Source: Octopus vulgaris | Lineage: Eukaryota | Length of the DNA: 64,000 nucleotides | Direction of reading: 5' to 3' | Assembly: GCA_951406725.2 (NCBI GenBank) | Contig: OX597817.1 | Coordinates: 128,216,001 to 128,280,000 of the forward strand | Shown here: positions 54,911-64,000 of the stretch, piece by piece | Position numbering within the stretch: position 1 is the first letter of the stretch | How the letters are laid out: each line of letters opens with the position of its first letter | The notes under the pieces: model-generated | The model's input: only the letters and a program-made list of their open reading frames with translations | What the model was told of the DNA's origin: nothing | Databases searched by the model: none | Translations under genes and position numbers: made by a program

Positions 54911-56597
54911 GTAAGATGACAAACAAATGTGCGTTTGTGTGTTGTATTGTGTTGTGTGTGTGTGTCTGTGTCTGTATATATACGTGTACTATGTATACTA
55001 ATGTCTCTGCTTCATTGTTTTGTTTTTTTTGTATATATATGATATCAGAAAATTCCACATCAACATGGAATGGTTCATTTACAACTGCTTCCTCCAAAAA
55101 AAACTAAAACACTACAATATTTGGGGAGAGTCATTTTCTTTTTGTGCCTTATAATATAACACACTCACTGGTAAAATCTCCACTTTTTTCTTATTTTTAT
55201 TTTCCTAAAATTTTCGTTGCATCTTGCAGCCTTTTCAATAGTTTTGACTCTGTCCGTTATTTACACTGTGTTCCCTTTTGTTTGTTTGTGTGCATGTGTG
55301 TGGGTCAGTGTTTGTGTGTGTGTGCCTATACATGCATACATGTACATATGTATGTATGTGTTTGTTTGCATGTATATGTATGTATATATGTGTGTATATG
55401 CATATGTATATATGTATGTTTGTGTGTGCATCTGTATGTACATATCCTGCATATTTATGTGCATGCATGTCCGTGTTTGTGTATTTTCTATGTATGTGTG
55501 TGTGAGCATGTGTTTGTATATGTATGTACCTCTGTCTCCTTGTTTGTGCATGGCTCTGTGTGTGCGTGTGTTATGCAACTATGTACCATGTTTGTATGTG
55601 TGGATGTGCATCTTTATATGTGTGGATCCGCGTCTCCATATGTGTTCTTATAGCTTATGTACCTATCCATCTGTATGTTGGTCTGTTTATTTATTTATTT
55701 TCTATCTATGTGCTTACATACTTACCGGTGAGTGTGTTATATTATAAGGCACAAAAAGAAAATGACTCTCCCCAGACACAACAGAATATGCTTCAACACA
55801 CGAACTCACATAAAGAATCTTGCAAACCAAATCCAAAAACGAACTACAATATCTATTTTAGTTAAAAGAGGAAGACCAGTGCATGATATTTTTCAATGCT
55901 TTGAAACAAGTCAGGAGAAAAGAAGCAGTTATCATCAGTCTGTGATCCAAGCACAGCTGCTTGAGTCTGAGTGAACTCAGCTAAATGTAACCTTGAGCCA
56001 AGTGGTGATCTTTAACTGAATGAGGAGTCTGAAAAAAAGAACAAGCATGGCACTCTCTTACTGGAAGACACCATAAATTTACAACAAGGAGCCACTACAT
56101 CTCATTACACTAGTTACAAGAAGTGAAATTAGAAAAGCATTAGTCAACAGTACTCCAATTTTGTATAGAATTCCACAAAAAAAGTTAATAACTATAGAAG
56201 TTTTTCCAATACAACCTGAATACCCACATACATTACATGAAAAATATATCGTGTTATCTCCCTGGACTTAAATGATACATAATTTTTAAATTTGCCATTA
56301 ACAACTTTATCAGTTATAGCAATATTCGCATAACTGATTGTGACTTGGAGCAAGGTACTTGAACAACATACCATTACTGCTATTACTTCATTGCGATAAG
56401 GTTAAGAAGATCTGGAAACATAAAAGGAGTAATAGAGTTTGAAAAGTTAGTGCTTCATACAAAACATGAGAGTCTTATAAGAAAACAGGAAATAAGTGTG
56501 TGTGTGTGTAAATATATATATGTATGTGTATTTAAATAAGTATATGTAAATATATATATGTATATATATATGTGTATGTATATATGTGTATGTATAT

Positions 56598-56630
<33 letters not shown>

Positions 56631-56741
56631 GTTTAGCGTCCGCTTTCCATGCTAGCATGGGTTGGACGGTTCAACTGGGGTCTGGGAAGCCAGAAGGCTG
56701 CACCAGACCCAGTCTGATCTGGCAATGTTTCTACGCCAATG

Positions 56742-56780
<39 letters not shown>

Positions 56781-56902
56781 TCACAATCAAGGAGCGGCCA
56801 TAATAGGCCATTCACCCACTAGAAATAACAGCCAAAAGCTTTAACCGCAAAATAACATTAATTCCGTAAACCAGGAGAAAATTGAAAAACTTTTACCCTG
56901 TA

Positions 56903-57009
56903 ATTTCTTAGACGATGCACCGTTTCATCTACCGTTTAATGGTAAACTAACCTGATTAAATTAAATCAAGCCAATCCACCATAGGCCCTTAGACTCATCA
57001 GTAAGAAAT
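56903..57009 (-). ncRNA. Type I hammerhead ribozyme (antisense copy)
   Basis: Reverse complement of the same motif; predicted cleavage between 56911 and 56910 on the minus strand. Confidence 0.85.
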
Positions 57010-57724
57010 AGCCAAGTCGGAACAGATATTTTTCACGAGGCATTCCTCTTGCTACCTCGGCAATATCTGACCTAAAATTTTCAAATCGTCGCACTCGCGC
57101 CAAATTTATCGGCAGCAAATAAATATAAGCCACTGATTCCATTACGGAACTAACCAGAAAATTCATAATTAATCAATATAGGGTGGCAAAAAAAAAAAAA
57201 AAAATTTTGTAGAATTCTTTTGCCACCAGCGGCCTAGTAGGAAAAAATTAAATAGTCATAAACCATTTTTACGTTCAACATCACAATCAAGGAACGGCCA
57301 TAATAGGCCATTCACCCACTAGAAATAACAGCCAAAAGCTTTAACCGCAAAATAACAAATTCAATTTTCTCCTGGTTTACGGAATTAATGTTATTTTGCG
57401 GTTAAAGCTTTTGGCTGTTATTTCTAGTGGGTGAATGGCCTATTATGGCCGTTCCTTGATTGTGATGTTGAACGTAAAAATGGTTTATGACTATTTAATT
57501 TTTTCCTACTAGGCCGCTGGTGGCAAAAGAATTCTACAAAATTTTTTTGCCACCCTATATTGATTAATTATGAATTTTCTGGTTAGTTCCGTAATGGAAT
57601 CGGTGGCTTATATTTATTTGCTGCCGATAAATTTGGCTCGAGTGCGACGATTTGAAAATTTTAGGTCAGATATTGCCGAGGTAGCAAGAGGAATGCCTCG
57701 TGAAAAATATGTTCCGACTTGGCT

Positions 57725-57831
57725 ATTTCTTACTGATGAGTCTAAGGGCCTATGGTGGATTGGCTTGATTTAATTTAATCAGGTTAGTTTACCATTAAAC
57801 GGTAGATGAAACGGTGCATCGTCTAAGAAAT
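57725..57831 (+). ncRNA. Type I hammerhead ribozyme
   Basis: Stem I AUUUCUUA/UAAGAAAU; CUGAUGA 57733-57739; stem II GUCUA/UAGAU; GAAA 57808-57811; near-palindromic stem III CGGUGCAUCG; GUC cleavage after 57823. Confidence 0.85.
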
Positions 57832-58224
57832 TACAGGGTAAAAGTTTTTCAATTTTCTCCTGGTTTACGGAATTAATGTTATTTTGCAGTTAAAGCTTTT
57901 GGCTGTTATTTCTAGTGGGTGAATGGCCTATTATGGCCGTTCCTTGATTGTGATGTTGAACGTAAAAATGGTTTATGACTATTTAATTTTTTCCTACTAG
58001 GCCGCTGGTGGCAAAAGAATTCTACAAAATTTTTTTTTTTTTTTTTGCCACCCTATATTGATTAATTATGAATTTTCTGGTTAGTTCCGTAATGGAATCG
58101 GTGGCTTATATTTATTTGCTGCCGATAAATTTGGCGCGAGTGCGACGATTTGAAAATTTTAGGTCAGATATTGCCGAGGTAGCAAGAGGAATGCCTCGTG
58201 AAAAATATCTGTTCCGACTTGGCT

Positions 58225-58331
58225 ATTTCTTACTGATGAGTCTAAGGGCCTATGGTGGATTGGCTTGATTTAATTTAATCAGGTTAGTTTACCATTAAAC
58301 GGTAGATGAAACGGTGCATCGTCTAAGAAAT
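58225..58331 (+). ncRNA. Type I hammerhead ribozyme (second sense copy)
   Basis: Same sequence as 57725-57831, 500 nt downstream; predicted cleavage after 58323. Confidence 0.85.
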
Positions 58332-58551
58332 TACAGGGTAAAAGTTTTTCAATTTTCTCCTGGTTTACGGAATTAATGTTATTTTGCGGTTAAAGCTTTT
58401 GGCTGTTATTTCTAGTGGGTGAATGGCCTATTATGGCCGTTCCTTGATTGTGATGTTGAACGTAAAAATGGTTTATGACTATTTAATTTTTTCCTACTAG
58501 GCCGCTGGTGGCAAAAGAATTCTACAAAATTTTTTTGCCACCCTATATTGA

Positions 58552-58590
<39 letters not shown>

Positions 58591-59307
58591 CATAAGTGTA
58601 CGTTTTTATACACAGGACACCTTACATGCTGGAAAGGGCAGTTAAAGCATGTAAGGTGTCCTGTTAAGGTCATCTCTTTGTGTATAAAAATGTACAATGA
58701 ATTTGTATGAAAAATATGTTGTCTATTGACTTTATTATGCGCGCTAGCCACCGGTAGAATATTTCTCTAAATTTTCTACCCTTAATATTTCATATATATA
58801 TGAAATTTCGGTTTGAAAATGCAATTTTAAAAGGTGTTTATTCACTTGACCGGTTTCACTTTTTAGAAAAAGATTGTCAAAAGTAAAATGTAAAAGCTTT
58901 GTAAAAACTTTCTTGTGTTAAATACTGGTTGTCACAAAATATTACAATACATAGATACATTCTTTGATAATAATAAGAAAAATGTTCAAACAGTTTACAA
59001 GGAAAATAAAAAGTTCATTGAGAATATTAGGATTTCATTAAAAATCATGTTTGTTTAGAAGTATCTGTAATTTATAAGTTCAAAACAGTCATATTTTGGT
59101 GGTATATATGTATATATATATATACAGAAGGAAATATATTTAGGAGTTTACAAAGAATTTGTGATTAACTGACCTGTTTTTGAAAATCTGTTTAGATTAT
59201 GGAATGCTCTGCTCTTTCATGTATCCATGTTTAAAATTTCAGCATGATCAGATGAACAATTCTCAAGTTATAAGTGCACAGACAGACAGAATGGATTTTA
59301 TATACTA

Positions 59308-59347
<40 letters not shown>

Positions 59348-60451
59348 CAAAGTACGCAGTTATATCTTGAGATCGCTAGTAATAACAATACTCAAAATAT
59401 AATACAGACTGGAGTTGTAGTGCTCCAAATGAGCTGTATTCCACTTCTTAATTTGAGCAGGGGCAATGCGAGCAGGAACAAAAGGAACATTACAAAGATC
59501 CACACACAAAGATCAAATACATACATATATTCATATATTCATTTATATCTACAGAATGGATATAAAATCCAACATATATAAATATAATAATATATATAAA
59601 TAGATAAAAGTCATATAATATATATAAATATATAAGAATCAGTGTTACATACAAAACACAGTGAATTTATGCTTAATGTTATAAAACATTGGTAAATTAA
59701 AAATTTGGGATAATAAAACATATAAAGGACATATTAAAATGACGTATCAAAATTCCAGAAAAATACAGAAAAAATACAAAAATGCAAAAATTACAAAATT
59801 TTTCATCTACAGGCCATTTTGGAAATGTACCAATTAATATGTACATTTCATATATTCAAAACTACTCCTTTTAATAAAGTATATATATATATATATATCT
59901 TGCCTGGCCCCTGTGCTGGTGGCATGTAAAAAGCACCATCTGATCATGTCCGTTGCCAGCCTAGCCTGGCCCCTTTGCCGGTGGCACGTAAAAAGCACCA
60001 TCCGACCGTGGCCGTTTGCCAGCCCCATCTGGTAACTGTGCCGGTGGCATGTAAAAAGCACCCACTTCACTCACAGAGTGGTTGGCATTAGGAAGGGCAT
60101 CCAGCCATAGAAACACTACCAGATCAGACTGGGCCTGGTGCAGCCTTCTGACTTCCCAGACCCCAGTTGAACCGTCCAACCCATGCTAGCAGGGAAAGCG
60201 GACGCTAAATGATGATGATGATGATGATGATATATATACACACACACATATCAATCAGTATGAAGAGGCAGGATCTATGGAATATCAAACTCCACTGACT
60301 ATATAAAATTTGTAACAGTAGAAAGGAAAACAAAATCTAATAATAGTGTCATACATAAATAACATACAAAACACGACACAACAAATACCTGGCAACTCAA
60401 CATAACATTTATTTATTTATTTATTTATTTATTATTTTTGGATGATTGCAG

Positions 60452-60618
60452 AGGAATCAAGCCCGTATTTTGGAAAGAGAAAGAAACATGTCGGTACCAA
60501 AGAACGTAAAACACTCGTATACTGGAAGTGTGAAGTGGAGGAGGTTTTGCAGAAAGACGTCTGGATTCCATTAGTCAATTCAGCCAAAGAAAAAGCTTTG
60601 ATTCAGTTAGCCAAAATG
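60452..60618 (+). CDS. CFAP47: CFAP47-like coding exon 16
   Basis: ttgcag|AG, ATG|gtatgt, phase 1/0; LVYWKCEVEEVLQKDVWIPLVNSAKEKALIQLAKM. Confidence 0.9.
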
Positions 60619-61494
60619 GTATGTTTACAAGTATATATATATATATATATATATATCTCATTATCATCATTTGAAGTCCATTTTTATGCTATTATGAGCT
60701 GGAGAGTTTGCTAGGCAGAAGAGTGCACCAGGCCTTACTCTCTGTTTTGGCATGGTTTTTACAGCTAGATGCCCTTCCTAATACCAATCACCCTACAGAT
60801 ATATGTATATATATATACATATATATATTCGAAATTGAACCAAATTCGATGACTGGCACCCATGCCAGTGGAGCGCTAACAGCTCCATCCGAGTGGGATC
60901 ACTGCCAGAGCAGCTGTCTGGCTTCCGTGCTGGTGGCACGTAAAAAGCACCATTTGAGCGTGATCATTACCAGCATCGCCTTACTGGCACTTGTGCTGGT
61001 GGCATGTGAACAAAACATTCGAGCGAGGTCGTTGCCAGTGCCGCTGGACTGATTCCTGTGCAGGTGACACGTAAAAAACACCATTTCGTGTGTGGCCGTT
61101 GCCAGTACCACCAGACTGACCCTCGTGCCGGTGGCACATAAAAGCACCCACTACACTCTGGGAGTGGTTGGCATTAGGAAGGGCATCCAGCTGTAGAAAT
61201 TCTGCCAGATCAGATTGGAGCCTGGCGCAGCCATCTGGTTCGTCTGTCCTCAGTCAAATCGTTCAACCCATGCTAGCATGAAAGTGGACATTAAATGATG
61301 ATGATGATGATGATATATATAATTGGCAGCAGAAGTAGTGGTGATTGTCTGCTGCTGGTGACATAAACAATGAAGTACTTGTACACATTACTGAACCAAA
61401 TGAGAGTTTCTGTTGTGATAAATTTCACATCATTATGTATTCTAACACAACATCCACTTTTAAGTGTTGATAAATTGTACGATATATATGTTGT

Positions 61495-61840
61495 GGTTGT
61501 GTGGTAAAAAGCTTGCTTCTCAACCACATGGTTTTAGGTTCAGTCCCACTACATGACATCTTGAGGAAGTGTCTTCTACTCTAGCCTCAGGCCAACCAAA
61601 GCTTTGTGAGTGGATATGGTAGACAGAAACTAGAAGAAGTCTGTTGTGTGTATATATATATATATTTGTGTGTGTGTTTGTCCCTGTAACTTAGCAGTTC
61701 AGCAAAAGACACCAATAAAATAAGTACTAGGCTTACAAAGAATAAGTTCTGGAGTCGATTTCTTCAACTAGCACCCTTTAATGTGGTGCTACAGTATGGC
61801 CACAGTCAAATGACTGAAACAAGTAAAAGAATAAAAGAAT
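61495..61840 (+). mobile_element. tRNA-derived SINE (third family)
   Basis: gtgtggtaa..gcttgctt..caaccacatggt..ggttcagtcccact head with A/B-box-like motifs, tail tgactgaaacaagtaaaaga; - copies at about 10450-10865, 15260-15625 and 46250-46585. Confidence 0.75.
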
Positions 61841-62980
61841 ATATATACATACACACACACATACATATATATATATGTATGTATAAATATATATATATAT
61901 GCACACACACACACACACACATACATACATACATATATACATATACAGGATACAATGGATAAATTGTCACCATTTTATATTTTTTATTTCATGCATGCTC
62001 ATTGTTTGTTTTGGTTTTGTTGACTACCCTCAGATGCACACATTCTCACAAATGTGTATATGTGTATGACAAGTTGCCATACTGTATCCATCTACCCCAT
62101 TTGTTTTTCTAGATGTCAGGTCAAACCAAAGCTCTTGTAGAAACAGCATTCTCAAAGGATGCTAACAGGTCTAACACATCACACACTTGATGAGCTGTGA
62201 GAGTACAACCATCAGCTTAGTCAAGGCCAGGGAGATTCATTTTCTGCTGATGTCTTGATTACATCTACTTGATGGTGGAGCTGTTGTCTTGCATGCAATC
62301 AAGGCTTTGCCTATGAAGGTAGTCCACTAGAGTCACAAAGAGAAAGGGAGTTAGGATGTCTCCCTTGCTCTCTTCTTAGAAACCAATATTATTATTGTCA
62401 TCATTATTATTGAGTGAGAGAGCAGCACATGCCACCAAAGTGACTCTGGGGTACAAATATACAAAGCCCAATGTACTCATCATCACTCATATGTGTGTAA
62501 CATGGTAACCTTATATCAAGATAAACAGTGCATGACCTTGCAGGTGGGATCCAGTTAGAATTTTTTCAGTTTGTGTTGCTCGTCCTGCTCACAAGGTTTC
62601 TGAATAAAAGTTGTTAAATGATAATGAATAAAATACCCATGTTTCCAAACGGGAATTTTTCAAACCCCAAAGAATTGTTCTCAGCACAGGGCTATAATGC
62701 TTCCCCACTACTCCTGCACATGACCAGAGATGCACATATCATCAGTTACTTAGGGACATGCCCAACTAGTTAAGGTCAAACAACTGACCAGAAAATCTGT
62801 GGTATTGAGCAGAATATTTGTTGTAGCCTATCTTTTACTCCAACACAAAACTTGTACGTTATAACACTTCCAATCAGTTAAGATCAGGAGCCACAAGAGC
62901 CACTGCCTGATACCGTCTCAGAAAATATCATCATCATCATCATCTAATTTTCATATCCTATTGTAATTTCTTTAATTCAG

Positions 62981-63106
62981 CAAATGACAGAATTGGAGTT
63001 TTATCGACGCACACTTACTAACACTCTGGAAAGTTCTTCTCGAGCTGCTGAAGCTTATGTTGCAATGACCAATTTAACAGAGAATCTTCTCAGAAGTTGG
63101 CATAAA
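62981..63106 (+). CDS. CFAP47: CFAP47-like coding exon 17 (gene continues beyond window)
   Basis: tttaattcag|CAA, AAA|gtaagt, phase 0/0; QMTELEFYRRTLTNTLESSS matches recalled 'QMSSIEYERRLITGTLESSS'. Confidence 0.92.
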
Positions 63107-63689
63107 GTAAGTATGGAATTTAAGTCATTCAATAATGAAGAATACCATCCACAGCAACATTAAGTAAGATTAATGTTAATGTATATTTAATACATGGAGC
63201 ATAGAATGCTAAGTAGAAATAAATAAGCTGTGTTGTAGAAAAGAAAATGGAAAGAAAAAAGGATTATTTTGACCTGAAGGTATATTCCCATATTGTTGCT
63301 CATGAAATTTAAATAAGACCTTTAGGATGAATGATAAATAACAATAGATGTCTAAGTAAGTACATGCTTAAGTGAATGTATAATAAATGCTTGTACCATT
63401 AGCAATTATTTGTGCAGTTGACATCATAGCTATGTTAGATATGTAACTCTGTTTCTATTAAATATATCAGAATCTACATACTCTAACTTTATGTTGAGTG
63501 CATTGTGCATTTGCAGCACAAATACAATGTGTGTGTATTTGTGCTACAAATGTACAATGCACTCAACATACACTCAAGTTAGAGTGTGTAGATTCTGATG
63601 TATGTAATAGAAACAGCCCAAGTTCTACCATACTTTGCTCCAGGCAGGTTGTTACATATCCTATTGCTTCAATAATATTAGTTATGAAA

Positions 63690-63900
63690 CTGAAAGTAGA
63701 TTTACTAACTCCTTATCAATAATTCCTGAGTGTTTTCTTTCTCCTGTATTTTCCTGATTATATTGGTGTCCAGAGGGCAGCTGATTTCCACAACAAAGCA
63801 TGTTCTTTATCATATGGTCCTGTACAACAATATCTGGTTGATTGTGTTTTAATTCGGTGGCCATTTAATTTTGTTAATTTTTAAGTTCCATCAATTTTCT
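63690..63900 (-). mobile_element. Decayed REL-endonuclease LINE fragment
   Basis: TELKHNQPDIVVQD motif, frameshifted downstream. Confidence 0.55.
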
Positions 63901-64000
63901 TTTGACTCATCGGTCTCAATATAGCCAACTGCTTTTTGTCTTATTCAGATCCAAATTGTTCTAGCCTCTGCATTATGCCTCATGAGAAGACAGTATTTAA

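Larger units (their letters stand above)
56779..58559. mobile_element. Candidate non-LTR retrozyme array: 500-bp hammerhead-containing monomer, head-to-head, inserted in (TA)n
   Basis: Minus-oriented 56779-57357 (about 1.16 units) and plus-oriented 57361-58559 (about 2.4 units), period 500 bp, only a few substitutions/indels between copies, (TA)n on both sides. Confidence 0.8.

Noticed and set aside
55144-55747. Cys/Val/Tyr-rich ORFs
   Set aside because: (TG/TA)n low-complexity sequence
55740-56400. Possible decayed Hero/NeSL-type LINE fragment
   Set aside because: Only faint motifs (FKFAINN); too degenerate to call without a search
58068-58268. 66-aa ORF repeated in each 500-bp unit
   Set aside because: Identity only reflects the repeat; it is frameshifted in one copy, overlaps the ribozyme and has no recognisable motif

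Overview
Eukaryotic, AT-rich, microsatellite- and SINE-dense genomic DNA. The SINE families suggest a coleoid cephalopod (Octopus-like); this is inference, not a database result. The whole window lies inside one + strand gene that I recognise from recalled motifs as CFAP47 (cilia- and flagella-associated protein 47, calponin-homology region). I traced 17 consecutive GT-AG coding exons (148-63106, 2822 nt, about 940 codons) with fully consistent phases; the gene starts and ends outside the window. Introns hold SINEs, LINE fragments (CR1/L2, Tx1/L1, RTE, R4/Dong-like), deleted mariner/Tc1 elements, a Helitron nested in a hAT MITE and several foldback elements. The top find is at 56779-58559: a near-identical 500-bp tandem/inverted repeat set in (TA)n. 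Each complete unit carries a type I hammerhead ribozyme with a palindromic stem III and a long G-U-rich stem II extension, i.e. a candidate retrozyme/circular-RNA element, with two ribozymes sense to the host pre-mRNA. Other notable items are a tandem duplication that creates a new in-frame 57-nt candidate exon, an inverted templated insertion, and an intronic CpG-rich segment with antisense splice signals. Most long ORFs in the supplied track are microsatellite artefacts.
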